64,000 nt of DNA from Geosiphon pyriformis uo1 (taxonomy: Eukaryota > Fungi > Glomeromycota). This document shows positions 25,753-39,500 of this stretch, one piece after another; the first letter of the stretch is position 1; every line of letters begins with the position of its first letter. The notes under the pieces were generated by a model, which did not search any database, was not told where the DNA came from, and saw only the letters and a list, made by a program, of their open reading frames with translations. The stretch is taken from positions 1 through 64,000 of the forward strand of contig JAAOMT010000354.1 of the NCBI GenBank assembly GCA_016748015.1, written 5' to 3'. The translations under genes and the position numbers were made by a program.

Positions 25753-28581
25753 TCATTTTTCTTTTTTAGCCTCCTCTTCAATCATAGGCGGTGCTTGATG
25801 TCCATTTATATCTGTTCCTGGACTATCTACTTCGCCCACCTGTCCATACTCATTAGCTCGTTTCTTATCAACTGGATAAATCCATCTTTGGTATATATAT
25901 ACAAAGAAAACAACATCATCCCTTAGACATGCCAGACGGTGAAGCATTGGCATTTTGATGCAGAAGGCAAACAAATCGTCCACAAATGTTCCAAGTGTTT
26001 TATACATGAGTGTCTTCCAAGGCATATGAGCTACCTAGAAATGACAGAGCATAAATAACAGAGCATAAATAACAGAGCATGAATAACTGCAATCTCAAAG
26101 AGAACGAAATAATCATAATATTCAGGCTACTTACACTTTTAAGCTTGTAGTTGATAAAAAGTTGAGGAGTCATCATGATAAAGCCGAAAGCGTACACGAA
26201 ACCGACCAGAGTTGCTACCACAAACGAATACCAACTTTTGTGGCTTTTGTAGATTAAACTATAGATCGCATAGCCAATAAGTAACGGATAAGCCACCCAT
26301 GCCAAATATTGGAAGGCAAGTCGATCGTACTCCTGGGTTTTTATCTCCATTTCTGAGAGTTTGTGTTTGTCAATGAAACGAATCGAGTAGGGAAAGTATC
26401 TACTTTTCGATGGTTTAATCTATGAAAAAAAGAAATTGGCATTAAAAAAGCCAAGAGTTATGTGGACGATTCGAAAGGGCATGCGAAAAGAATTCAAAGA
26501 AAATACCTCTATAGCGATGGCTTTTTTGATTTTCCATACTTCGATAGCCAAACCAATTCCCTGGCCAATCAAAATCATCCAACTTGTATCCTCATTATTG
26601 TCAAAAAGATACAAAAAGATAATCAGCTGGAAGAAAATGTTCATGAAAATTGTACGAATCGAAATTCCTGTTAATTCTTTCTTATTTTTCCAGTCAGAGA
26701 TATCTAAAAACAGACAATATGAAGAAGAAAACTTGGTTAAGAGAATATGTAGGTGGATCTTGAAAAAATTTCCCACTCACCATTTTTGAAAGCCAAAAAT
26801 TCGAAGAGACTGTGCAGGATTGACACGACGAAAGTGATTCCAAGCAAAAAGGGATTAGTTTCGAGCAACATTCTTTTGATCTCGTCAAATTCGCTGTGCG
26901 CATTTCCACCCATGACTTCTGCTTGAGTACGGAAAGACTCTTGCATTTGGGCGTACAATTGAAACTTCATGAAAGAAATCGGATAATATTTTAAATTTAG
27001 CGGTAATGTCCTAATTTATCATATGTCAAATTTATTAATTCAACGTTAAAAAATTCATACTGTAAACGAAGAAATTGCCTTCTTCCTTCACCTACGTGAC
27101 AGTTTCGTTGATAGGTGTCATGTGCTCTTTCAATATCCAAAAATCGTTGACGTAGACTATTGGAAGATAATAACCATATTTTCCAGAGGGATCCTTCATA
27201 CCATTGTGTTCCAATGGAATCTCTAATAAGGCATTGATAAATTCTTTTAATTGAACGGAAAAGTTGAAATTGTGAAGTGAATAAAGACAATACCGGACGT
27301 TATCACAGGTGGCATTTGAGAATAAGGAATTAAAGCATTATCAGAAATAATACTCAAAGTTAAATTTTGACACCAATAGGAAATAATTTGCTTGCTCTGG
27401 AGATCATCAGCCTGAAGTTGCAGACAAGAATGGTGGTTAATTCAAATTTCGGGAATTCATGGTAAAAAATGAGAACTCTAACAATTCTCACCGCTGAGGA
27501 ATTGGTGGGTTTGACTTGTTCATTTTCTGTTTCTTCTTCCGAACCGCCGATCAGTTTCTTGGTCTTTATTTCTTTGCGTTTCGGAAAGTATCTGGTCAGC
27601 ACTACACTCAATAGGTCAGAAAATATTTAATCAGCATAATGCATATCAAACCAGGCTTAAAAATGTTCCGTGAGTGACGTACATTTGCGTTGATAAACTC
27701 GCATATTTGACTGATAACCCGGATCCGCTGGATTAGGTGATGCTCGTTCTAAAGTCAAATATATGTGGGCGTACAAGGTTCCGTTTCTTTGAACATCCTA
27801 TTGTGATTTTGGATAATTAAGTTAATTGCATTTCAAATTGGCCATACTTTGCAAAAACGACCCCGAATTTAAAATACCGAAGTTATCTCCATCTCCAAAG
27901 CTTTTTCATGCTCTTCTTCCCAGTCACCAAACCGAATACCCGGAACGTGCCACACTAGAGCAGTGGGATCCTCAAACTGAAGAAATTCTTCTTTCTCAGA
28001 TATATAAACCCGCATGTCCTTTAATAGTCAAGACCAATTTAAAGGTTAAAACTAAGATTAAAAATTTATTCGGTTTTTATTGCAAATAATTAAAAATTTA
28101 AATATGAGGACACTTTACCATGCTCGAGTGTTGGGGCCATAATTGTAGTAACTGAGTGGCCACCGGAATTTCACTGTTTCGAATGGTGGAGGCAGCGTCT
28201 GGCGACTTCGCATCTGGTATCGCGAAGTTAATATTTGTCGAAGGCCCAGAAGTTTGTTCTTTGCCTACAGAGGAAAGAAATCAAATACATTTAGTTTTGT
28301 GTGTATCCAGTTGCAAATGCAATTAATATTTAACACTTACCTTTAAATAACCATGTGAAAAGATACCAGAAAACAAAAGCTTGAAAGATCACTTGTATTA
28401 AACTTCCAAAACCTGCCCGTTGCTGTTGATCTGTTGATGCGGCATTAGGCGTTGGTCTTGACTGTGAAGGGGGCACCGGAACATTTTGATTGTCATTTTG
28501 TGAAGTGTCTTCGTTAGAGGGAGAGGACTTGTTAGTATTTTGTCGACGTTTACTTGCCACTGAAGTCTCCTTGGTAGACAT
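25753..28581 (-). CDS. CLPTM1 (cleft lip and palate transmembrane protein 1) family membrane protein / putative ER lipid scramblase, multi-exon
   Basis: EIKRMLLETNP.LLGITFVVSILHSLFEFLAFKN|DIS.WKNKK, GFIMMTPQLFINYKLKSV, MPWKTLMYKTLGTFVDDLFAF.IKMPMLHRLACLRDDVVFFVYIYQRWIYPVDKKRANEYG. Confidence 0.93.
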
Positions 28582-28785
28582 CGAAAGAAAGAATATACAA
28601 TAAAAGGTTTGAAATTTAGATTCAAATATCCATGTGATTTAAGCTTTGGATCATCCATGAATTGGGTAACGCCCCGATTTGCATGTATACATTTTTAAAA
28701 AAATCAAGATATCTCACTTTTTAACAAATAAACATGACATTTGTACTTTTTACGACTCTCCAACATCATTATATTGTTGTGTAAA

Positions 28786-30556
28786 ATGACACTCACTCGT
28801 ACACAATTAAAGGAAATTGACAAAGGGAAAATTCTGACATACATGGAAACCATAAATCCCGCTAAAATTGCAAAAAAGTATGGACGTGACCTCACAACAA
28901 TATGGCGCTTTATTGACAAGTACCAAAGAACAGAAAAAAGTGAAAACTTACCACGTTCTTAGCAACCAGGAAAAAGATTTACTGATGGGTAAAGCCAAGG
29001 AAAAACAAAATAAACCACTCCACGAAATTGTCAACAATTTTGGACTAAAATGTAGTTTGTCAACTGCCGCAAATGTACTCTACAACTCTAGGCTTCACTC
29101 ACTTATCGCAGTAAAAAATCTTTATATCTCAGAAACACATGCTTACAATTGGGCAACTGTTATCTTCTCTGATGAGAGGAGTGTGGAAATTGGGAAGCAA
29201 TCACCATTTATCTATGCAATAGCACATTCATGGTTTGGGACAGTAGATTTATAATGGTTTTATTTTAATCCAATAAATTGTAACAATTTCATTCTTTCTC
29301 CACCCTCAAGACATGTTGTTGTTGTATCAGATACAAATTAATCGTAAAACTATTAGTAGAGATACCAACAGGAATTAAAGGCATCTATCCAGGGACAGCT
29401 GGAATTGGAGGGTCGTAAAAGACATCTGCAACTGGAATATTAATTTGAAACTGTAGAAGCCCTAGTGCGTTACAAGGGGTCAGGAGCATATATTAGGCTT
29501 CCCAAGTGATATGTCCCGAAATCCCACTAAAAATAGGTTTGAGAAAGGTGTTTGATCAAGAAGAATACAAATTAAAAATGAGTTTCTTACCTCTCTGGGT
29601 TGTGCTACATCTTGTTGTCACAACAATCCTTGGGCATTCTTTGCAAGTTTGCTTTTGCTATGTAACTTGATACCAAGAACATCGCGTACATAACTTTCAC
29701 ATGTCCACTCATTACACTTTGTGATCAAACTTTGAGTTGATTGAAAATTAGCAACTTCAATTATTCGGGCCCTAAATAAATATATTAATATTGGGAACTC
29801 AAAAAATAAATACACCAATATATAAAACTTAAAGTACGTTTGGAGTTCTGGGTGGAGATCCAGGATATGGAACATCAGGTTTTGAAATAATGTTCCAACT
29901 TGGATACATGCAAAGGGACATAATGATACATCCATTTCCAGATGAACTCCAATTGACTAAGGGAAGGACATAAGCCAAAGATTAAACAGATTGAAAGGAA
30001 TTCCGTTGCAGTCATTACCACTAACTCGTACTAGGGGAACTAAAGAAATGACCCATTAACGTTGTAGAAAATATGTTGCAACAATACAACAACTCCATGG
30101 TTGTCTTTTGCCCATGTCAATGATATATATGTTGCCGTTTAGTTTTCGTTTGAATTTGTACGGACAAGACTTGGGGATTTTCAAAAAAACGGTTGTAGGC
30201 AATCAAAAGTTTGGGGCACATTGGAGAAAAATTTAATGCTAATTGGTTAGTCCTTACTTTCAAAAATAGTGGTGTTTCGCGGGAGGATTAAAAAGACTAT
30301 CAGTATTTTATAATAAATACAAATACTTACCTTGAAATCTTAAAACCAACCCGTTTCCATTTCAGAACGCAATTAAGCCAATTTTTCAGCAAGAGAACAT
30401 TTGGAGAATAATATGTAAAAACATGAACGCCTGCGGTCAAACCTAAAATTGCACTAAAGGGTGAATGGAAGAAACTTGATACCTCTGTTCTCGAAGAAGT
30501 TATTGCCTCAATGCCAAGGAGGATTAGAATCAAATGGAAGGCCGACAAAGTATTAA
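28786..30556 (+). mobile_element. Tc1/mariner transposase remnant, split by ~1.1 kb of unrelated sequence
   Basis: N-terminal HTH (IAKKYGRDLTTIWRFIDKYQRT...LPRS) and WATVIFSDE (~29150-29175). C-terminus ALKGEWKKLD...VIASMPRRI..SNGRPTKY* at 30451-30556. Confidence 0.75.
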
Positions 30557-30859
30557 TTAGATATAATTTTTTTTTATTAGGTACTGTACATCATTAATAC
30601 ATCATTATCACCAAATTTTTTTTAAAACAGGTTCAAGATTTGCCATATTATGCTGATCATTTCTTTTAACAGGAGCAACTTTCTGGAATACAATTGTATC
30701 GCCCAATTCTAATAAAATGCAAATCTAATCGAGATAGTTAAGGAAATACCTATATAGAACCTCCACAAACAATTGTTCATCTATTCTCAATATAATTAAA
30801 CATAAAGCTTATAAAATGATGGTTCCCATTGAGACGCACAAATTATTTACTTCAGGTTA

Positions 30860-32742
30860 CTAAATCTTGGACTTGTTTTGTATGGTAGTAATCTCAGGAT
30901 ATAAAAGCGTTGTTAAAAATTCAGCATAATCTTGACTCGCTATTTGTGATGCAAGGTATTTCTTAGCTTTCGGATATTTGGTGGCGATAAATTTTTCAGA
31001 TCCCAGTTCTTTCTCTATCTTTCCTACTTCTTCGTCGAGCAATTTGAGGAGATACTCGGGGGTGATGATTTTTTTCTCGGCTGTAAGAGCACGATGTTTG
31101 GCCCATTGCCAAAGTTGTGATCTGGATATTTCAGCTGTTGCTGCATCTTCCATAAGATTGTGAATTGGTACGCAACCAAGCCCACGAAGCCATGATTCAA
31201 TGTAAGCGAGCCCAACAGATATGTTGTTACGGATTCCGTTCTCGGTAATGCTCCCTGGTACATTAGTATTCAGCAGGTCCGAAGCTGTCACTTGAATTTC
31301 CTCGCATCTTACATGTATTTGATGTGGTGTTATGAGGTTTTCATTAAAAACTTCCAAGGCAATTCTTACGAGATCTGGATGAGCTACCCATGTTCCGTCG
31401 TGACCTGCTTTTACCTCACGTAGTTTGTCTGCTCGTACCTTATCAAGCGCAGTTTGATTAGCCTTAGGATCATTCTTGATTGGAATCTGAGCTGCCATTC
31501 CACCCATAGCATGAACGCCACGACGATGACACGTCTTAATCAACAGACGTACGTATGCGTCCATAAAAGGAACAGTCATGGTAACGTCACAACGATTGGG
31601 TAGAACAAAGTTTGGATTATGGCGGAATTTTTTGATTACAGAAAAGATGTAATCCCATCGACCACAATTGAGACCAGCAGAATGATCCCTGAGCTCGTAA
31701 ATAATTTCGTCCATTTCAAAGGCGGCCAGAATAGTTTCAATCAAAACAGTTGCACGAATTTTTCCTCTAGGAATCCCGAGAAGATCCTGAGAGATATTAA
31801 AGATATCATTCCAAAGTCTATGTACCAGAATCAAAACCGGTTAAAAGGGGGTGAATAAAAAATTATAGGATAGTTTGTGGCAAAGGACAAAAATTCACCT
31901 AGCCTCTAAATGAGATTCCATTTTTGGAAGGTAAAAATAAGGACCGAATCCATTTTTGATCAAATTTTTGGCATTGTGGAAGAAGTATAAAGCGAAATCA
32001 AAAATTGACGCCGAGGTGGGTTCTCCATCAATTAAGACGTGTTGTTCTTCCAAGTGCCAGCCACGAGGGCTTTGAGAGTTTAAAAATAAATCATCTGTGA
32101 AAATCTTTTCACGATTAAAAGATTAGAAAAATCATTAAAATATTGGCTTACCGAATGAGTAACGTAGCAACTTTGCCGTCTTGACGCAGGAAATATTCTT
32201 TACCATTACCAGGGTTCGTGTAAGTAATTGTGCGAAGAATGGCATCACGCAAATTCACCTGCCCATCGAGATTATTATCCCAAGTTGGTGCATTCGAATC
32301 TGAAGTTATTAAAAAAGGATAGAATTGTTGAATTAAATCCTTCATAGAATTTCATAACTTCTTGTGGGTGGGGTTGGGTTTTCTCACCTTCAAAGTCGGC
32401 CATATAAGTACATGCACCGCAATTTAAAGCATTGATAACCATTTTCCTGTCTACTGGGCCAGTGATTTCAACGCGTCTGTCAACCAGCCCAGGTGCAGGA
32501 TAAGCTCCTCGCCAGGTGTCATCCTCACGTATATGGGCAGTCTCGGGCAAAAAGTCAGGCAAAACTCCATTGTCGAGAGCTTGTTGACGAAGCAGACGAC
32601 GTTGCAACAACGACTTTCGTGTTAGATTAAATGTGCGTTGAAGTTTAGCCAAAAACTCTAGAGCCTCAGGTGTAAGTATTTTGGCCTGGGACTCTGTGAC
32701 TTTTGCAAGTATACTGACACCAGGTATAGAATTAAAAGACAT
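30860..32742 (-). CDS. MLS1: Malate synthase A (glyoxysomal), multi-exon
   Basis: [25 protein letters not shown]|[29 protein letters not shown]|[46 protein letters not shown]-terminal SKI is PTS1-like. Confidence 0.96.
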
Positions 32743-34510
32743 TGTACGGATTTTGCACTTGATATCAAGAGTAGGAATTGTGGCCGAGTTTGTAGAAGGG
32801 GCAAAAATGGGAATTCCATTTTTAACAGTAAGATAATAAGACTTTTATAAGAAAATATCTAAGTTGATGTGATCGATCCTTGATAAATTGGGGGACGCTG
32901 TTGATATAAACTCTAAAGGGAATTTGGCGTGAATTCAGTAAATGGGCATCAATATCCTGCATATGTAACTTAAAAATTTACGATGAACATTCAAATTAGC
33001 ATCTAATGGTTAGATGTGAGAGTCATACCACCATCACAATTATACGCCTTTTCATCTTGCTCCTGACTATAGCGCTAAAGAATTTGACACACGACTTTTG
33101 TATTGATATTAAAACTCGTGGGATTGCAGGATTTGATCTAAAAAAGTAAATTTTTCCGGTTACTTGAAAACAAATAAACATAGGGATGATAGCATGATTT
33201 TCAAATGGGTTTTTAGAACATAATTTTAAGTGTCCAATTTGAAGTAATTTTCCGAATCTATCTGTTATCATAATTAAACCATGCTGAGAATATCAAGAAT
33301 TTTTAATTACTTAATGAAAAAGATTCTAAAAACATTTGGAAATCATGTCTAAAAGTGAACTATCTGTCATTTGGTCATAATAATACAATAACATGAGATT
33401 TGAGATTTGATCTATTTTAAAAATTCATGTGAGTAAGAATAAAAGTTTTTTAGCCAAATAGAATATGAAAAGTTTAAAGTTTTTGATTAAATTTAAATAA
33501 AAAAAATCTATTTTATATTTGTATTATGAAAAATTAACCAAAAAAATTATATTATATTGAGATTATATTAATAAAAAAACATATTAATTAAAGTTTAATG
33601 TAATTATATGAATAAAATATATTTTTAAATTAAACTTTGTAGTTTAGTTTATTTATAATTTGATTAAAAATTTAATAATTAATTAATTATTACATAAATT
33701 TAATTAATAAATTTTAATTAATATTTACAGCTTTATTTAATAAGTTAAAATTTTATTAATATAAAATTATTTATTTTTTATAAAAAATTACATAAAACAG
33801 ATAAATACAAATTTTAAAATTTTATTTGAGTAATTACAATTTAAAATTATTTATTATTAATTTTTTAAATAATATTTTAATTTATTAATTTATTAAAAAT
33901 AAATTAAATAATATATTTTACAATATTATATTAATATTAAGACATTAATCTTTATGAAAATTAAATTATTAATAAATAATAAAATTTTTTAAATAAGATA
34001 CATAAAAGTACTAAAAAAATTTTAACAAAAAAATTTACATATCAAAGTATTGTTTTAATTTCAAATTATATTACATTGTGTTTAAAAAATAAACAATTTT
34101 GTGTGGAATATTGTTTTTTCGAAATAAATAAAATTATTAATTGTATTTACTCACGTCATAAACAAAATTATATCTAATTTTTTTATTTATAAAAAAACAA
34201 TGTAATTATTTAGTTTGATTAAATAATTTAATTTTAATAAAGTGAATGGTCAAAATAGAAAATCAGTTTCATAATTTAGAAAATAAAGTTAATTATAAAC
34301 TGATTAAGAATATTTGATCTAAACGAAAATCAATTTAGAAATATTTTTTTCTATCTGAACTTCTAATTAGAAAGAGATTGTCATTATTTGTTTGATTTTT
34401 ATTTGCATGATATGCTAGATTTCGGATGATCTTATATGATAGAACTTTCTCATGATAAAAAATAAAATATAGACCTTCAAAAAATTGGAGTTTTTTAACC
34501 AAAATTCCTT

Positions 34511-34511
<1 letters not shown>

Positions 34512-34542
<31 letters not shown>

Positions 34543-34610
34543 TATCATCATCATTATTATTATTATTATTATTATTATCATCATCATCATTATTATTATT
34601 ATTATTATTG
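34512..34610. repeat. Compound trinucleotide microsatellite (ATC)n/(ATT)n
   Basis: Directly visible in the sequence. Confidence 0.95.
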
Positions 34611-35686
34611 CCATCGTGATCCCATATTCAAAAACTTCTAAAATCCTTGGGTTTAAAACATTTCGTTTCTTCAACAAAAATGGAACGATTTAAAGAAATT
34701 GAAGTCTTAACTTCCCTTAAAATTGCTCAAAAACCATCCATTTATTTCGCAAAAACGCTTTTTTATTCATTTAAATCCATCACACTCTTTGACTTTTATA
34801 CAAAAACTAAGAAACCATTCCAGAAATTTTGTCTCGGTTCCCGGAGACGAGATCTATTTACTGATCATCTCTCAATTGCTTGGCCAATCGGATATCGTTT
34901 TACAGCGATTGGTCGTTTAAGAGAGCGTAGTTTAGGTAAATTTCTGAATTTCATTTTTTTAATCTAATACAATCACATTTTTTATCATCAAAATACATAT
35001 AATTCCTTTAATGAGCCCTGAGTAATTTTAACAATTACTCTATAATATCATTCCCTTAATAACTTTTGCAATAAGCTCAATAATCTTTGACAATTATTCT
35101 TTGATGAGCTTAATAATGTTAACAATTATTCTTGTAATAAGTTCAATAATTTTAACAATTACTTAAATATAACATTCTTAATAACTTTTATAATGAACTC
35201 AATATTTTTTTATAAAAACAAAAATTAATAATAAAAGTAATTGTAAAAATATTTCTGTGTTTTAAATAAACAAACTATATTTTTAATTTTTAAATTATAA
35301 TAAAAAATTAAATTAAAAAATATATATATATTATAAAATCAAAGTGATTATTTAACAATTATTTTATTTATACTTCAAATTAAATTAAATTTTATATTAA
35401 ACTTAAAATATATAAAAAAACAAATTTATTAAATAGTTTCATTTTTAAAAAAAATATATAATTAAATATTCTGAACTTTTAAATTTTAAAATTGGACAGA
35501 ATCAAAAGATGCAAATAATACTAAAAATGATTTTTTATTGGAAAATTAGAAAAGCGGCAATTTGGTAACTAGGTTTAATTATTGTTTGATCAGTTTTTAA
35601 AATAATAAATCAAATTGATTTAAATATTAAAACCTTACAAAATAACGGAAAAAATCCCATCTTAATAGATCGTAGACATTTCAAAA

Positions 35687-36544
35687 TCAAACATCTAGAT
35701 CATCGTCATCAGAATCGGGAATGTAACGATTACTTTTCTTTAGATCTTTCTTTTTGCGTTGCGGTGACGAGCCACTATTATAGGAGTCTGTGATGGTGGT
35801 TGAAGAATCCTCTTCAGTACTAGAATCAGTTGACATAACATCATCTGATTTATCAGTGTTTGTTAACTTGAGGACATAGGCAGCATATCGCATTTTCTAT
35901 GTCAAATACAATATAAATTATATGCAAAAGTTATTAGAAATTTATCTTATATTAAATAAAAACGAATACCAATAAAGAAGATTGAACTTACAGTTTGTAA
36001 GTAAACACTAAATCAATAATAAAAAGTATTGTCAACAGTCAAAAAACCAATGGATTAAATAAAACAGTAAAATAAAGTTAACTACCTAGATCGAGTGAAC
36101 AAGCGATCCGAATCGGGAACTTCAACTTTGCGTTTACGTTCAGAAGATCCAGTTCTTAAAAAACCGTCAAAACCTTTCACCAAATTCCCCATGTAGCTTG
36201 TTTCTTCTAAATATTTAGTCTCATTAGCAATGAGTTCGGCTTCTGCTTCATTCTAAATAATAACCGTTTTCCCAAAACTTTGGATGAAAAAATATTCTTG
36301 GCCTTTGAGAAAGTACCAAAAAATAAAAAAACGTACTAACTGCTCAGTTAATTCTAAGCTTTTAGCTTCATAGGTCTTAAGAAGAGCTTTAGCAGCTTCA
36401 TACTCTGCATGTGTCGGAGCTTCCTTCTGGGATCAAAACAAAATCATTTAGACTAATCCTGAGATGACAAGGGCGTAGACCACCCTCTACTGTTGATGAG
36501 AGTAGGATGGTGCCGGTTACCTTCGGTTCGGTAGGCTCAGGCAT
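35687..36544 (-). CDS. EAF6: EAF6/MEAF6-like subunit of NuA4/MYST histone acetyltransferase complexes, 5 exons
   Basis: Spliced translation MPEPTEPK|KEAPTHAEYEAAK...|NEAEAELIANETKYLEETSYMGNLVKGFDGFL...KRKVEVPDSDRLFTRSS|VYLQT|KMRY...DDDDLDV*. YLEET-x-GN-xx-KGFD and DRLF-x-xSS are Eaf6 hallmarks. Confidence 0.85.
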
Positions 36545-39500
36545 GGATCTGGGGAAAGTTGCGAAATAAGTTCAAAGTAGATGACTATGAGCAAATCTAG
36601 CATTTAGTGATATCATTTTTGTTGTTAAATACAAATATTTATTTATGATTTTACATATAAAAATAACATATATTAAAAATAAATGTTATTGTATTGTTTA
36701 AATTTTTTTATAATAAATAATATATAAATTTTTAAGAATTTTTTTTTAATTACGACATTATGTTATTATACAATTTTAAATTAAATTTATATTTATAAAA
36801 TTAAGTTTTGTTGTATAAAAAAATTTATTGCACAATATATATATATTAAACTCTTTTTATTAAATTTTATATTTTTATAATACTTTTATGTAATTTAAAA
36901 TTTATTTATTTTTATTATAAATTTATTTAAAAAAAACTTTTTTGTTTTATAATTTTATAAATTTTATTTTTACAACCAAATCAAAAAAAGCAAATTTTAT
37001 TTTTTTTTAACATAACTAAAAATACAATAAATAAGAAAGTTTTTTTGATAATAAAAACAATTAATTTAAATATTAATTATTATTAAAACACTTGTTTTTT
37101 TTGGTAAAAATTTTATTAATAACTTATTAAAAACAGTTTTAATGTTGTTTTTATTATTAAAAAAAACCTTTAATATTTATTTAAAATAATTTATTTTAAT
37201 TATAATAATAATTTTTGTTTTAATAACAAAAAAAATGCCAAAAAACCTAATTTTTATTTGTAATAATAATAATTATTTGTTGTTTTTACCAATTTTTGTT
37301 TTTTAAAAACTTTAATATTATTATTATTATTTTTAAACCAGTTTTTTTTAAAAAAAAAAACTTTAATTAATTTATTTATTTATTTATTTTACCAGTTTTA
37401 TTTTATTAATTTTAACAATAATAATTAAAATAAATATTTGGCTATATTATTTAATATATTTATTTTTTAATATTATAACTAATATGTAAAAATTATAATT
37501 AATTATTAAATAAATAATTTTTGTTTTAATAATTTTTTTTATTTAATATAATATTATATATAATTAAACAAAAATTTAAATTAAATTATATTATATTAAT
37601 TTTAAAAAAAAATATTTACTTTAAAAATATTTTATATATATAAATAATTAAAACATAATTATTTTTAATTATATTACATATTTATTTAATAGTATTATAT
37701 ATATTTAACATAATATTAAAACTTTTAAAATATTATTAATTAAGAAAATATTTTTTTATTAATTTTATTATTTAAAATATTTATATTTATATATATATTT
37801 TGTTTTAAACTTATTAATTTTTTATGTATTTTATTTATATTCTACTTATATCTTCTTTAAAAAAATTTTATTTTTTTTTTAATTACAAAAAAAATTTTTT
37901 TAACTTAATATATAAAACAAAAAAACTTTAACTAATTTTATAATTAGTAAAACCAAAATATTAATAAATTTAATTATAAACTTAATTAAAAAAAGCCAAT
38001 TTAGCCAATTCAAATTTTAAAAAAACCAATCTAAAACCAATTAAAAATTAATACTACTAATATTAACAAAAATATAATAATAAACAAAACTAATAAAACA
38101 AATATTTTACCTTAAAATTTAATAACAAAATAAGATTTAAAATTTTTAAAAACAGTTATAAACTTATGTAAAAATCTTCAAAAAAAGATAAAAATATTTT
38201 ATAATTTAAAGCCAAATAGTTTAAATTTTTTGAGAACCAAAAATAACAATTAAATATTTTAACTATTAAAAAAAATAAAAAAATAAAAAATAAAACAATT
38301 ACAAATTTAAAAATTTTTTTAATTAAAAATTTTTTTTGGATTTTAATTTTACTTATAAAAATTATTTAACAAACAAAAGCAATTATAATTATATTAAAAA
38401 ACTTGAAATAAATTGTTAAATATTAATAGATTTTGCCATAAAAATATTTTTAATTTTATAAAACAATAACAGCAAAAAAATGTAAATTTAGATATTATTA
38501 AAGACTTAATAATTTTAAAAGTCAAAAAACAGAATTAATAAATTAAATTTAAAAAACAATAATTAAAAAAACTTAAAAAAATACTTTATACAGAATAGTT
38601 TTATATTATTTTTAAATTTTATATTAATAAAATAATATACAGTTTTAATAAAAATTAATTTTAAGTATTAAATATTAAAAAAAAGATTACTTATTTGGCA
38701 AATTTTTAATAATTAATAATTGTTTTTTAAATATTATTATAAACAATATTATTAAAAAACTAAAAAAAATATATAGCTTTAATTTTTATTTAATTAATAT
38801 AATTCTTAAAATTAAGTAACTTAATAAGTTAATTAATGTAAAAATATAATTTGTTTTATTTTTAAAATTAGCAAATATTTTTTAAAAACCAATATATTAA
38901 ATAATATAATTAAAAATTGACCAATATGTTTTTATTATTATTAAAAACTACTTTTTAATTTTTATTTAGCTTTGTTAATTTTAAAAAAATTATTAAAAAA
39001 ATTATTAAAAATATTTTATGTTAAATATTATTATTAAAATTGAATTTGTAAATTATTAAATTTTTATTTATATTTAAAATTATTTAATTTTTTGTAATTT
39101 TTAAATTAGTTATATTATTAATATTGTGTTTAATAATATTTTTTTCAACATATTTTTAAAATATTTAATAAAGTTGTTGTTATTAAATTAAAATAAATTA
39201 AAATTTATTAATTTTTAATAATAATTTTAATTAATTTGGTTTTAAACCAAATTATTGATTTAAAAACTTTTTATTTTTTTGGTTATTTAATTTTATTAAT
39301 TATAAAAAAATATATAATTAGAATTTTTGCAATTTTAAATTTTTTTAATGTTATATTTTTTAAAATTAATATATTAAAAAAACCAAATTTAATAAAAAAA
39401 AATTTTAATTATTAATGTTTTTACAATATATAAAATTCAAATTTATTTGGTTTTTATTTATAAACTTATTTTTTTCTGATTTTATTAAATATTTATTAAA

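Noticed and set aside
28660-30740. Tc1 terminal inverted repeats
   Set aside because: Only a short gatttgcat/atgcaaatc match was seen, which is insufficient to define ends.
30978-31858. Antisense ORFs over malate synthase (also over CLPTM1-like, Sel1 and TE ORFs)
   Set aside because: Shadow frames of real coding sequence with no independent motifs.
34495-34677. Poly-Ile/Met ORF
   Set aside because: Translation of the trinucleotide microsatellite.
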